In this document: positions 9,362 to 19,117 of the stretch, one piece after another
Numbering within the stretch: the first letter of the stretch is position 1
How the letters are laid out: every line of letters starts with the position of its first letter
Assembly (NCBI GenBank): GCA_000166095.1
Contig: CP002278.1
Span: 930,001 to 962,000 of the forward strand
Direction of reading: 5' to 3'
From: Methanothermus fervidus DSM 2088
Lineage (GTDB): Archaea; Methanobacteriota; Methanobacteria; DSM-2088; Methanothermaceae
DNA length: 32,000 bases
Made by a program: the position numbers and the translations under genes
The notes under the pieces: generated by a model
The model's input: the letters and a program-made list of their open reading frames with translations, nothing else
Database searches by the model: none
Told to the model about the DNA's origin: nothing

Positions 9362-10891
9362 CTAAGAACTAGCATCTCTTATCATCAAAATCTTATTAAT
9401 GGCATTAAGTACTGCCTCAACACTGGCCATGACAATGTCTTCCCTAGTAGCACGTCCTGTTGCTTTATTATTATTTTTGTCACTCATAACAACAAATACA
9501 TCAGCTAAAGCATTAGTTCCTCCTGTTATGGCATCGATATGGTATTCATCTAACTTAATATCAGCTGTTTCTTTAACTAAGCTTTGAATAGCATTTATAG
9601 CTGCATCAACAGGACCTACACCTGTCTTAGCTCCTGTTTTAATTTTTCCATCTATTTCAAGTTTTACTGTTGCCGTTGGCATTACATTTTCTCCAGTCAT
9701 TACAGCTATTCCTTTAAGTTTGACACGTTCTTTTTCTGCTTTACCTAATATTGATAAAGCTAATGCTCTTAAATCAGCGTCAGTAACCATTTTGCCTTTA
9801 TCACCTAATGTTTTTACTTGTTTGTACAATTTCTTAAATTCTTCTTCATTCATTTCAATATCATATTCTTTTAGTTTTGACCTGATTGCATTTGCACCTG
9901 TATGTTTACCAAGAACGATTCTTCTCTTATGCCCTACCATATCTGGAGTTATTGGTTCGTAAGTCTCTGCTTTCCTTAAAACACCGTGCACATGTATACC
10001 TGATTCATGTGCAAATGCATTTTCACCTATGATAGCTTTGTTTGGTGGGATTTTAATTCCAGTTAATCCAGAAACTAGTTCAGCTGTGCCTACCAATTTC
10101 GAAGTTTTAATATTTGTATTTATTTTGTAATGTACTGTGAGGGCCATTACTACCTCTTCAAGGGCTGCATTACCAGCTCTCTCACCTATGCCATTCATAG
10201 TAACATGTACTTGCTCGGCTCCAGATTCAACAGCAGCTAATGAATTAGCAACAGCTAATCCAAAATCATCATGACAATGCACACTAATAGGTACTTTAAC
10301 ATGTTTTTTTAAATTTTCTATAAGTAATTTCATAGCTGATGGAATCATGACTCCTACAGTATCAGCAATGTTAATTTTATCAACGCCTGCATCTTCTACA
10401 GCTTTACATATTTTACATAAGTAATTAAATTCTGTTCTTGTGGCATCTTCAGCGGAAAATTCAGCTGTAAGTCCATGATCTTTGATATATTCAACAGCGA
10501 AAACAGCTTTATCAATTATTTCGTCTTTACTCATCTTTAATTTATAATCTCTATGTAATGGTGAAGTACCTATAAATGTATGAACGTAATCTATATCACA
10601 ATCAATTGCAGCGTCTATGTCTTCCTTTAATACACGTGCCAATCCACATATCTTAGCATTTAAACCAAGTGATGAAATTTTTGATGTAGCACTTCTTTCT
10701 CCTTTAGATGCGGCTGGAAATCCAACTTCTATGATATCTACTCCTAATTCATCTAATTTTCTTGCTATTCTAACTTTCTCATCCACAGTTAATGCAACGC
10801 CAGGAGTCTGTTCACCATCTCTTAACGTCGTATCAAATATATAAACTCTTTCAGGTAGATTTAAAGATTTTTTTACTTCTTCGATGTACAT
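9362..10891 (-). CDS. leuA: 2-isopropylmalate synthase family protein (LeuA most likely)
   Basis: [16 protein letters not shown]; [11 protein letters not shown]; [23 protein letters not shown]; C-terminal LeuA regulatory domain. Paralogues cimA and aksA are similar, hence the moderate symbol confidence. Confidence 0.82.
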   Translation of the reverse strand: MYIEEVKKSLNLPERVYIFDTTLRDGEQTPGVALTVDEKVRIARKLDELGVDIIEVGFPAASKGERSATSKISSLGLNAKICGLARVLKEDIDAAIDCDIDYVHTFIGTSPLHRDYKLKMSKDEIIDKAVFAVEYIKDHGLTAEFSAEDATRTEFNYLCKICKAVEDAGVDKINIADTVGVMIPSAMKLLIENLKKHVKVPISVHCHDDFGLAVANSLAAVESGAEQVHVTMNGIGERAGNAALEEVVMALTVHYKINTNIKTSKLVGTAELVSGLTGIKIPPNKAIIGENAFAHESGIHVHGVLRKAETYEPITPDMVGHKRRIVLGKHTGANAIRSKLKEYDIEMNEEEFKKLYKQVKTLGDKGKMVTDADLRALALSILGKAEKERVKLKGIAVMTGENVMPTATVKLEIDGKIKTGAKTGVGPVDAAINAIQSLVKETADIKLDEYHIDAITGGTNALADVFVVMSDKNNNKATGRATREDIVMASVEAVLNAINKILMIRDASS

Positions 10892-10892
10892 T

Positions 10893-11531
10893 TTATCCCC
10901 TTTTTAATAGATTATTAACAACATTGTACAATCTTTTGTGGTAAGAAGAATTAGCTTTTGCACTTGTTTTTCCTTTTTGGATGGCATCTAAAATGTCATC
11001 AATCCCTGAATGAGTATCAACAATTGTAATGCATGCACCAATTTCTTCTGGAAAATGAGCATCACTTGCCCCTATTTCTGGAATATTTCTCTTTTTTGCA
11101 AATTTTTTTGCACGTAAATTACCGATACTTACACATCTTCCATTTAAAACTTCTATGGCGTCAAAATTTAAATTTTTAACTGTAGATCCTAAACTATCTC
11201 TTAATTTATCAAAAGGATGGGGAGCTATTGCAACCCCGCCAAGGTCTCTTATTCTTTCTAATGTTTCCTCTGCACTAAGGTATTTTTCAATTTCTTCAGT
11301 TATACCTAAAGCTACTATATGCCCTTCCCTCGTACTAATTTCAATTCCTGGGATTATAAGAATATCTTCAATATTTCTTTTTGCAATAACTTCGTATCCT
11401 TTAATTGTATTATGATCTGTTATAGCAATTGCATCTAAGCCACGTTTTTTAGCAATTTTAACAATATCATCCGGAATATTTTTTGAATCCCCAGAATATA
11501 GTGTGTGAATGTGTGGATCCAATTTTATCAA
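10893..11531 (-). CDS. PHP-domain metal-dependent phosphoesterase
   Basis: [46 protein letters not shown] metal-binding PHP motifs; TTG start preceded by GGTGAT. Confidence 0.82.
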   Translation of the reverse strand: MIKLDPHIHTLYSGDSKNIPDDIVKIAKKRGLDAIAITDHNTIKGYEVIAKRNIEDILIIPGIEISTREGHIVALGITEEIEKYLSAEETLERIRDLGGVAIAPHPFDKLRDSLGSTVKNLNFDAIEVLNGRCVSIGNLRAKKFAKKRNIPEIGASDAHFPEEIGACITIVDTHSGIDDILDAIQKGKTSAKANSSYHKRLYNVVNNLLKRG

Positions 11532-11566
11532 ATAATCACCTTAAAATTTTATAAAATTTAAAATCA

Positions 11567-11642
11567 CGGACCCGGCGGGATTTGAACCCGCGACCTTGGG
11601 ATCCGAAGTCCCACGTCCTAGTCCAGGCTAGACCACGGGCCC
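11567..11642 (-). tRNA. tRNA-Arg (anticodon TCG)
   Basis: Reverse complement GGGCCCGTGGTCTAGCCTGGACTAGGACGTGGGACTTCGGATCCCAAGGTCGCGGGTTCAAATCCCGCCGGGTCCG. Acceptor stem GGGCCCG/CGGGTCC, anticodon stem TGGGA/TCCCA with loop CTTCGGA, T-loop TTCAAAT. CCA not encoded; no intron. Confidence 0.95.
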
Positions 11643-11684
11643 TATAAAAATATTATATTTAGATAAAATTAATATTTGTTCACA

Positions 11685-11696
11685 TAATATATAAAG
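11685..11696 (+). promoter_or_regulatory. Candidate TATA box for thrS
   Basis: TAATATATAAAG about 75-85 nt upstream of the thrS start codon. Confidence 0.4.
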
Positions 11697-11769
11697 GCTA
11701 ACAACAAAAAATTTGTCTTTTGAGTTTTTTATTAGGGAAGTTAGTCAAAAAATTAACAGAGGTGAAACA

Positions 11770-13596
11770 ATGCGAATTTTATTAATACATGCTGATTATT
11801 TAAAGTATCATGTAAGAGATAAAACAAAGTTTGCAGAAAAAATTGAAGAAGAAATGAAAAAAGGTTCATTTGATGAATCATTGGTAGTGTTTACAGCAGT
11901 AGAAAAGGAAGATGAAAAGAACCCTGATGGTATCATAGATGAAGCTGTTCAAGAGATAAAGAAAATAAAGAAAAAAGTAGGCGCTGAAAATATTGTCATA
12001 TATCCTTATGCTCATCTAAGTTCATCTTTAGCTTCACCAGATGCAGCAGTAGATATTTTGAAATCATTAGAATCTAAACTTAAAAGTGAGGGCTTAAAAG
12101 TTTCAAGGGTTCCATTTGGATGGTATAAATCATTTGAAATATCCTGTAAGGGTCATCCTCTTTCAGAATTATCAAGAAATATTAAGGTGAAAACTAAAAA
12201 GATCAAAGAAGAATCTATTGAATCTGAATGGTTTATTATGGACAACGAAGAATTAATTGAAATTGATAATTATGAATTTAAGGATTTTGAATTTAAAGAC
12301 GTTGTTTATCATGAATTAGGAATTGTAAAACCCTCAGAAAAAGAACCACCTCATATAAAGCTGATGCGTGAAAAGAAGATTGCAGATTATGAACCTTCTG
12401 CTGATATAGGACACCTTAGATGGTACCCAAAAGGTAAACTTATTAGAGATCTTCTATCTGATTATGTTTATTCATTGGTTACTAAATATGGGGCTATGGT
12501 AGTTGAAACACCAATAATGTATGATCTCAGTGATAAAGCAATTAGAGTTCATGCAGAAAAATTTGGAGAAAGACAATATAGGATCCACAATAAGAAAGAA
12601 TTAATGTTAAGATATGCATGTTGTTTTGGAGCATTTAAAATATTAGCTGATTCATTTTTAAGATGGAAAGACCTTCCTGTTAAAATATACGAACTTTCAA
12701 CCTACAGTTTTAGATTAGAGCAAAGAGGAGAAGTTGTTGGACTAAAAAGATTAAGATCATTCACAATGCCTGATCTTCACACTGTATGTAGAGATATGCA
12801 ACAAGCTTTAGAAGAATTTGAAAAACAAGTAGAAATGTGTTTAAAAGCTGCTGAAGATTTAAAATTGAACCATAAAGCAATATTTAGATTCACTAAAGAT
12901 TTCTACGAAGAGAATAAAGAATGGATAAAATCATTGTCTAGAAAAATAAACGAACCTATTTTAATTGAGTTACTCCCAAAAAGAAAACATTATTGGGTAG
13001 CAAAAATAGATTTTGCAGCAGTGGATAGCCTTGGTAGACCTATAGAAAATTCCACCGTACAAATAGATGTTGAAAGTGGAAAAAGGTTTAATATTAGTTA
13101 TCTTGATGAAGATGGTAAAAATAAATTTCCAGTGATATTACATTGTAGTCCTACAGGAAGCATCGAAAGAGTTATTTGTAGTTTACTTGAAGAAAACGCA
13201 AAAAAAATAAATAATAATAAACTACCAATGTTGCCTGTTTGGCTATCTCCAATACATGTGAGAGTAATTCCAGTATCTGAAAAACATGTAGATTATGCTA
13301 TAGACATTGTAAAGAAAATAAATTCTTATGGCATACGAGCAGACATAGATGATACAAATGAAACTGTGTCAAAGAAGGTTAGAAACGCTGGAAAGGAATG
13401 GATACCATATGTAGCTGTAATAGGTGATAAAGAAATTTCTGAAGATGAATTGACAGTGACTATAAGAGAAAATGATGAAAAAAGAGAACTTAAACTAGAA
13501 GAATTAATTGAAATTGTAAAAAATAAATTAAAGAACAAACCCTTCAAGCCATTGACAATACCTTACAGAATATCACAAAGAGTTGAAATAGGATAA
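11770..13596 (+). CDS. thrS: Threonyl-tRNA synthetase, archaeal type with N-terminal editing domain
   Basis: Start ATG 11770 after GAGGTGA; N-terminus [13 protein letters not shown] (archaeal D-aminoacyl-deacylase-like editing domain); core [27 protein letters not shown]; anticodon-binding C-terminus. Confidence 0.93.
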   Translation: MRILLIHADYLKYHVRDKTKFAEKIEEEMKKGSFDESLVVFTAVEKEDEKNPDGIIDEAVQEIKKIKKKVGAENIVIYPYAHLSSSLASPDAAVDILKSLESKLKSEGLKVSRVPFGWYKSFEISCKGHPLSELSRNIKVKTKKIKEESIESEWFIMDNEELIEIDNYEFKDFEFKDVVYHELGIVKPSEKEPPHIKLMREKKIADYEPSADIGHLRWYPKGKLIRDLLSDYVYSLVTKYGAMVVETPIMYDLSDKAIRVHAEKFGERQYRIHNKKELMLRYACCFGAFKILADSFLRWKDLPVKIYELSTYSFRLEQRGEVVGLKRLRSFTMPDLHTVCRDMQQALEEFEKQVEMCLKAAEDLKLNHKAIFRFTKDFYEENKEWIKSLSRKINEPILIELLPKRKHYWVAKIDFAAVDSLGRPIENSTVQIDVESGKRFNISYLDEDGKNKFPVILHCSPTGSIERVICSLLEENAKKINNNKLPMLPVWLSPIHVRVIPVSEKHVDYAIDIVKKINSYGIRADIDDTNETVSKKVRNAGKEWIPYVAVIGDKEISEDELTVTIRENDEKRELKLEELIEIVKNKLKNKPFKPLTIPYRISQRVEIG

Positions 13597-13603
13597 ATTT
13601 AAG

Positions 13604-14053
13604 TCAACTGTAAGCTTTTTTACTAGCTGCAATTTTTTTTGCTTTCCAAAATGCAATAACTGAAATTAAACCCAAAATAAAATATGAGCTCAGGCCCTGA
13701 TATAGTGTCCAATTTGCAAAATCTTCATTTTTTAATATATAAGTTTCGAGTGCATTGGCTCCTATTACCATCAATCCTAAAACACCTGCTGCAATGCTTA
13801 ATAATGAAGCTACATATAAATAAGAGATAGCTTTTCTTTCTTTTCCTAAAATCGAATTTTTCAAGCCAGCCAAATATATAGATGATATCACCAACAACAC
13901 AAAAGAGACATATATGTCTCTTTGAGGATATATTAGGGTTTTTATTTCAATTCCAAAAAATGCTAACAATTCTATTAATCCATAGAAAAGATATAACAAG
14001 CCAAAAACCAAAGTTAAAAATTTAATGGACTTCATGTAATCCCTCCTATCCAA
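13604..14053 (-). CDS. Small four-helix integral membrane protein of unknown function
   Basis: 149 aa with four hydrophobic segments; overlaps the 3' end of feoB by about 20 nt; Met codons at 14053 and 14035 are possible starts. Confidence 0.65.
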   Translation of the reverse strand: MDRRDYMKSIKFLTLVFGLLYLFYGLIELLAFFGIEIKTLIYPQRDIYVSFVLLVISSIYLAGLKNSILGKERKAISYLYVASLLSIAAGVLGLMVIGANALETYILKNEDFANWTLYQGLSSYFILGLISVIAFWKAKKIAASKKAYS

Positions 14054-16026
14054 ATTATCAATAGAGACATAAGATACGCAACTATTAATTCATAAGCAAT
14101 AGTTAACAACATCCATTTTGTTCCTGCCTCCTGTTTCACAGTTGCCATAGATGCAACACATGGAACATAAAGTAATGTAAATACCATCAAAGCAAATGCA
14201 TTCACTGGTGTTAAAGTGTGAGCTAATATTGTTCCAAGTTTTTCTTCCTCAACGCCATTTAATGTTCCAAGAGTCCCTACAACTGATTCTTTTGCAAGAA
14301 ATCCAAAGAATAATGCAACGACTATCTTCCAGTCCCAACCCATCGGTTGGAAAAGTGGTTGCAATGCATGACCTATCACTGAAACCCATGATTTATCTAT
14401 TTGCTCCGTATTTCCAAGGAATCCAGTAGGGCCTGTTATAGAAAGTAGCCAAACTAAAACTACAACTGCAAAAATGATAGTACCTGCCTTTCTAAGGAAA
14501 AGTTTTGTTCTCGTCCAAGTAGGACCTAAAATACTTCTCCAGGTTGGTCTATTGTAAGGTGGCAATTCCATTACAAAATGCGATGGTTTTCCTTTGAATA
14601 TAATTTTCCTGAAGATCCATGCCAAAAACAATGCAACAAGAATTCCAATGATATACATGCTGGTTATCACTGTTCCTTCTTTTCCTGCAAAAAATGCACC
14701 AGCCAATAGTACATAAACTGGTAAACGGGCACTGCAAGACATTAATGGATTTACAATTATTGTTAATATTCTGTCTTTCTCGTCCTCGAGTGTTCTTGTT
14801 GCCATTATTGCTGGAACATTACAACCAAAACCCATGACGAGAGGTATAACTGATTTGCCATGTAAACCGCATTTTTTCATAAGTCTGTCCATTACAAACG
14901 CTGCTCTAGCCATATAGCCACTGTCTTCCAATAATGAAAACATAAGGAATAAGAATGCTATCGGTGGAAGAAAAGACAACACTGTACCAAATCCATTACA
15001 TATTCCATCTTTAATAAAAGATGCAAGTACGGGATTTTGGATTATGGAAGATGCATGGTCGCCTATCCATCCAAAAAACATGGTTATCATGTCTTTAAAT
15101 GGCGCTGAAACATCAAAAGTAAATTTAAATGCCATCCACAACAATGCAAAAAATGAAGGCAACCCTAAATATTTATGCGTAAAAACTTCATCAAGCATGT
15201 CGCTAACAGTTAATTTTCCTTTCTTTTTATGCATAACTTTCTTTACGATATGAGATATGATACTATATCTCTCATTTGCAAGTTCAAGTTCCATATCTGT
15301 TTTAAAACGATTTCTAATCTTGATAACCTTATCAAAAATTTTGTTTTTAATTTTATTTTCACACTCTGTCCTTATAATATTTCTAACTTCTGGATCTCCT
15401 TCAAGTAATTTAATTGCTAGCCATTTTACATTGTAATTTCTTTTTAACTTTTTATCATTGGAAATGATATTAACTAATTCAACAATGTAGGGAGTAAACT
15501 TAGGATAATCCAATATAGGGGCTTTTTTGTTTAAAGAGTCAACAATTTTATCCTTTAATTTTTCTATACCAATTCCTTCACATGCTATTGTAGTAACAAC
15601 TGGTATTCCAAGCAATTCTCCAAGTTTTTTTGCATTAATTTCATATCCTCTTTCTTTAGCAATGTCTACCTTATTTAAAACTAATAATACATTTGCTCCA
15701 ATTTCTAAAAGTTGTAATGTTAAATATAAGTTCCTCTCTAAATTTGAGGCATCTAAAATATCAATTACAACTTTAGGTTTTGTTTTTACTATGAAATCCC
15801 TTGCTATTTTTTCATCAATTGATTCTGCAGATAATCCATATACACCTGGTAAATCTATAACTTTAAAATTAATTCCTTTGTGTGTAAATTCACCAACCTT
15901 TTTTTCTACAGTCACTCCAGGCCAGTTTCCAACATGTTGTTTTAAACCAGTTAATGAATTAAAAATGGTGGATTTACCTGTATTAGGATTTCCAATAACT
16001 GCAATAGTAACTGCTTTTTTATTCAT
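14032..16026 (-). CDS. feoB: Ferrous iron transport protein B
   Basis: G1 GNPNTGKST, GNWPGVTVEKKVG, DLPGVYGLS, NKVD; followed by the FeoB Gate-type membrane domain (PLVMGFGCNVPAIMATRTLEDEKDR). Confidence 0.95.
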   Translation of the reverse strand: MNKKAVTIAVIGNPNTGKSTIFNSLTGLKQHVGNWPGVTVEKKVGEFTHKGINFKVIDLPGVYGLSAESIDEKIARDFIVKTKPKVVIDILDASNLERNLYLTLQLLEIGANVLLVLNKVDIAKERGYEINAKKLGELLGIPVVTTIACEGIGIEKLKDKIVDSLNKKAPILDYPKFTPYIVELVNIISNDKKLKRNYNVKWLAIKLLEGDPEVRNIIRTECENKIKNKIFDKVIKIRNRFKTDMELELANERYSIISHIVKKVMHKKKGKLTVSDMLDEVFTHKYLGLPSFFALLWMAFKFTFDVSAPFKDMITMFFGWIGDHASSIIQNPVLASFIKDGICNGFGTVLSFLPPIAFLFLMFSLLEDSGYMARAAFVMDRLMKKCGLHGKSVIPLVMGFGCNVPAIMATRTLEDEKDRILTIIVNPLMSCSARLPVYVLLAGAFFAGKEGTVITSMYIIGILVALFLAWIFRKIIFKGKPSHFVMELPPYNRPTWRSILGPTWTRTKLFLRKAGTIIFAVVVLVWLLSITGPTGFLGNTEQIDKSWVSVIGHALQPLFQPMGWDWKIVVALFFGFLAKESVVGTLGTLNGVEEEKLGTILAHTLTPVNAFALMVFTLLYVPCVASMATVKQEAGTKWMLLTIAYELIVAYLMSLLIIWIGGIT

Positions 16027-16267
16027 ATATTAATTCCTCCACATATATTTTAGATGCTAATCCTCTTCCAATGGCTATTTGGCCTCCACCATTCAAAGAT
16101 ACAATTATAGGTCCTGACATTTGATTTCTAATGACAGAGACTTCTTTCCCAGGTTTTAATCCCAAATCTATTAATTTTCTAGCTAATCCCCGCCCACCTA
16201 ACAATTTTTTTATCTTAACTTTTTTATTTTCTCTTGTCAATGCTAGAGGAAGTATTAATGTTTTCAT
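16019..16267 (-). CDS. feoA: FeoA-domain protein (single domain)
   Basis: KKVKIKKLLGGRGLARKLIDLGLKPGKEVSVIRNQMSGPIIVSLNGGGQIAIGRGLASKIYVE. Start uncertain (16282 or 16267); overlaps both neighbours. Confidence 0.85.
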   Translation of the reverse strand: MKTLILPLALTRENKKVKIKKLLGGRGLARKLIDLGLKPGKEVSVIRNQMSGPIIVSLNGGGQIAIGRGLASKIYVEELIYE

Positions 16268-16481
16268 TTTTTTCAACCTCAATATATTGAGCTTCTTCGC
16301 TCCTTAATGACAATAAATATCCTTTTATTTCAATTTCTATAGGATCCTTTAGAGGTGCTCTTTTCACAACTTTTACTTTTGTCCCTGGGACAAGTCCCAT
16401 ATCAAAAAATCTTGATTTAGGACCTCCTAAAATATTTTTGATTTTTACAATTTCACCAGTTTTAACTTCATTTAATCTCAT
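16224..16481 (-). CDS. feoA: FeoA-domain protein (single domain)
   Basis: MRLNEVKTGEIVKIKNILGGPKSRFFDMGLVPGTKVKVVKRAPLKDPIEIEIKGYLLSLRSEEAQYIEVE; classic FeoA. The ORF track start at 16496 is possible but the 16481 ATG matches the family N-terminus. Confidence 0.9.
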   Translation of the reverse strand: MRLNEVKTGEIVKIKNILGGPKSRFFDMGLVPGTKVKVVKRAPLKDPIEIEIKGYLLSLRSEEAQYIEVEKNENINTSSSIDKRK

Positions 16482-16495
16482 TATATACAGCCCCA

Positions 16496-17203
16496 TTATT
16501 TCACATGAATTTTTTCAGCTAGTTTTTGACTCAATGTAACAAGGTCTCCATTTACTTTCACTAAAAAATAGCTTCCTTCCATTTTTTCTTTTTCATAATC
16601 TTTTTTATTTATTATTTTTATTTTTTTGCCTTTTTCAATCCCCATTTCCTTGAAACGATTTAATAAATTTGTTCCAGCTATTAATTCATGAACTTTAGCC
16701 TCTTGATTTTTCTGTAATTGAGTTAGTTGCATTTTTTCTCCATTTTTTTCTATCAGTATTTTAGAAGCTTCACCAGCGTCTAAAGTTATTTTATCCTTCT
16801 TTCCATTGATTTTCAAAACAAAGGAAACATCTGGGAAATTATCTACTAAAACTTCCATGCCTTCAGAAATTCCTAATCTAGCTATTCTTTTATTAAAGGT
16901 TCTACTACCCATAATAGTCCTTATTCGTCCTTTTTCTCCCATATTTAATCTGGATAACGGACAAATTTTTTCTTTAGTTTCTACATAAATTTTTTCGGCC
17001 CATCCTCTTCCTATAACAATGTTTTTTTCATTTGTTTTTATTAGTAAAGGTCCTTCACTTCCACATTTAGATTTGGTGGCTATTATTTTTATTTTTTTAC
17101 CTTCTTCAATTCCAAATTTCTTTAAAAATTTTTTAATTTTATTTCCACCGTCTATTTTTTCTATAAGATATTCTTCTTTTGGTTTTACATTTGTTACTAA
17201 CAT
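16496..17203 (-). CDS. Triple FeoA-like domain protein
   Basis: 235 aa made of three FeoA-like units: aa ~1-76 (..IDGGNKIKKFLKKFGIEEGKKIKII..IVIGRGWAEKIYVE), ~83-152 (LNMGEKGRIRTIMGSRTFNKRIARLGISEGMEVLV..), ~158-235 (LTQLQKNQEAKVHELIAGTNLLNRFKEMGIEKGKKIKII..LVTLSQKLAEKIHV). Confidence 0.82.
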   Translation of the reverse strand: MLVTNVKPKEEYLIEKIDGGNKIKKFLKKFGIEEGKKIKIIATKSKCGSEGPLLIKTNEKNIVIGRGWAEKIYVETKEKICPLSRLNMGEKGRIRTIMGSRTFNKRIARLGISEGMEVLVDNFPDVSFVLKINGKKDKITLDAGEASKILIEKNGEKMQLTQLQKNQEAKVHELIAGTNLLNRFKEMGIEKGKKIKIINKKDYEKEKMEGSYFLVKVNGDLVTLSQKLAEKIHVK

Positions 17204-17299
17204 TTTTAGTATCTCCTCATTTTTTTTAGTTATACTTAAAAAATAATTTATATATAAATTTTACGGTTCAATGAAAAAAATAAAAATAAAACAAGTTTT

Positions 17300-17656
17300 T
17301 CATTTTTTTAAAGTTATGGCTGCTATTAAAATCAAAATACCAATAATTATTGCGCCTATACCTAAGACATATGGATATATAAGCTCTGGATTAAATAATA
17401 GGCACAGACCAGACACAGCAAATAATATTCCAACAGCAAATAAAATAATTTGTATTGTACTTCTTGGTAAAAGTATTGGTCTCAAATTTTTATTTTCACT
17501 GCGAAATATAGCCATTAAAAGAAACCCAATACCCATGCCTATAGAACTACCAACATCTGGTCTATGAAAAGCTAATCCGATGCCTACACCAATAAACATG
17601 CAAGCAACAAATAATAGGCCTGTTTTCACACCATGTTTTTGATTTTTTCCTTCCAT
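17300..17656 (-). CDS. Small integral membrane protein (unknown function, possibly DUF2178-like)
   Basis: 118 aa with four hydrophobic segments; divergently oriented to the PadR/ABC operon. Confidence 0.6.
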   Translation of the reverse strand: MEGKNQKHGVKTGLLFVACMFIGVGIGLAFHRPDVGSSIGMGIGFLLMAIFRSENKNLRPILLPRSTIQIILFAVGILFAVSGLCLLFNPELIYPYVLGIGAIIIGILILIAAITLKK

Positions 17657-17703
17657 TTTTTCACATCATTTTGTTTTTAATTTTAATTTTTTTATAGAGA
17701 AAA

Positions 17704-17750
17704 GTATATATAATATAAATTTGATATATCGAGGAAACTATATATAAAAA
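17704..17750. promoter_or_regulatory. Divergent promoter region with two TATA-like boxes flanking the palindrome GATATATC
   Basis: GTATATATAATATAAAT (17704-17720, minus-strand gene side), GATATATC palindrome (17723-17730), CTATATATAAAAA (17738-17750, padR side). Confidence 0.45.
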
Positions 17751-17784
17751 CTATGATATTTTAAAAAAATTGGGTGGGAAGTTT

Positions 17785-18144
17785 TTGAGTTATGACAAAG
17801 AATTTGTAAAAAGATTTGTCCAGGGATTCGGGAAAACGATGATACTATTTATGATTGGCAAAAAACGCATGCATGGTTATGCAATAATAAAAAAACTTGA
17901 AGAAATTTATTGTTCAGAAAAAATGCCAAACAAAATAAGACATCCAGGCCCAAGTATCGTATATCCAATTTTACATGATCTAGAAAGACGAGGATTAATA
18001 AAAGGGCATTGGGAATCAAAAGGGAAGAGAAAAATAAAGTATTATGAAATAACACCGAAAGGAAAGGCCACAATAGATAAAATAAAGAAAATAATAGATG
18101 AAATATCTAAAATATGGGATAAATTTTGGAGAGAGATAAGGTGA
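17785..18144 (+). CDS. PadR-family transcriptional regulator
   Basis: GYAIIKKLEEIY..PSIVYPILHDLERRGLIKGHWESKGKRKIKYYEITPKGKATIDKI winged-helix motif. TTG start at 17785 with GGTGGG RBS preferred over TTG 17770. Confidence 0.87.
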   Translation: MSYDKEFVKRFVQGFGKTMILFMIGKKRMHGYAIIKKLEEIYCSEKMPNKIRHPGPSIVYPILHDLERRGLIKGHWESKGKRKIKYYEITPKGKATIDKIKKIIDEISKIWDKFWREIR

Positions 18145-18148
18145 TAGG

Positions 18149-19117
18149 ATGAAATATGCTATAGAAACATTTAATTTGACCAAAAAATATGGTGATTTAA
18201 TTGCTGTGAATAAATTGAATTTTAAAGTTAAAAAAGGTACAATCTTTGGTTTATTAGGCCCAAACGGCGCTGGTAAAACAACGACAGTTAAAATGTTAAC
18301 ATGTTTAATACCTCCGACATCTGGTACAGCTAAAGTTGGTGGACATGATATAATTAAAGAGCCAGATAAAGTAAGACAGAAAATAGGAATGGTTCCACAA
18401 CAAGTAAGCTTGTATAGGGATTTAACTATAAGAGAAAATTTAGAGTTGTGTGCTGATTATTATGGAGTGCCTAAAGATATTAAGAATGAACGTATTGATG
18501 AATTATTAGAACTTGTTGACATTAAATATGCTGAAAACAAATTGATAAAGCATCTTAGTGGAGGACAACAACAAAAAGCTTCATTGGCTGCAAGTTTAAT
18601 CCACGAACCTGAAATATTGTTTTTAGATGAACCAACTACAGGTCTTGATCCAACTACTAAAAGAATTTTGTGGAATTTAGTTAAAGAATTAAATTCAAAA
18701 GGTATTACAATCATACTTTGTTCTCATGACATGTATGAAGTTGAACTATTATGTGATTATGTGGGAATCATAAATAAAGGAATTTTGGTGGCATGTGACA
18801 CGCCACAAGGGCTTAAGGACATGTTAATTAAAAAATCAAAAAGTCGTACGAGAGAATTAAGTATTTTAATAAATAATCTAAATTCAGAGATAATTAACAA
18901 TTTAAATGATTTAACTTTTGTACAAAAAATTAAAAAACATCATAATCAGCGTATAGATATCAGAATAGATACTACTTCTAGTAATTCTATTAATAAAGTG
19001 ATAAATGCCATTTTAGGTAGTGGTGGAGAAATAATTGCAATACATACAAAAGATCCTTCTTTAGAAGACGTGTTTATAGAAGTTACAAAAGAAAAAGGTG
19101 AAGTCAATGGAAATTGA
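18149..19117 (+). CDS. ABC-2 type exporter ATP-binding protein
   Basis: GPNGAGKTTT, LSGGQQQKASLAASL, ILFLDEPTTGLDP; 322 aa, DRA-type ABC ATPase; immediately downstream of padR. Confidence 0.92.
   Translation: MKYAIETFNLTKKYGDLIAVNKLNFKVKKGTIFGLLGPNGAGKTTTVKMLTCLIPPTSGTAKVGGHDIIKEPDKVRQKIGMVPQQVSLYRDLTIRENLELCADYYGVPKDIKNERIDELLELVDIKYAENKLIKHLSGGQQQKASLAASLIHEPEILFLDEPTTGLDPTTKRILWNLVKELNSKGITIILCSHDMYEVELLCDYVGIINKGILVACDTPQGLKDMLIKKSKSRTRELSILINNLNSEIINNLNDLTFVQKIKKHHNQRIDIRIDTTSSNSINKVINAILGSGGEIIAIHTKDPSLEDVFIEVTKEKGEVNGN

Noticed and set aside
15527-16033. 168-aa plus-strand ORF
   Set aside because: Antisense to the GTPase domain of feoB; composition is the complement of conserved G-domain codons; no family resemblance.
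17204-17656. Plus-strand ORFs at 17019-17246 and 17271-17567
   Set aside because: The first largely overlaps the triple-FeoA gene antisense, and the second is antisense to the small membrane protein; both are Lys/Ile/Pro-rich shadows without RBS.
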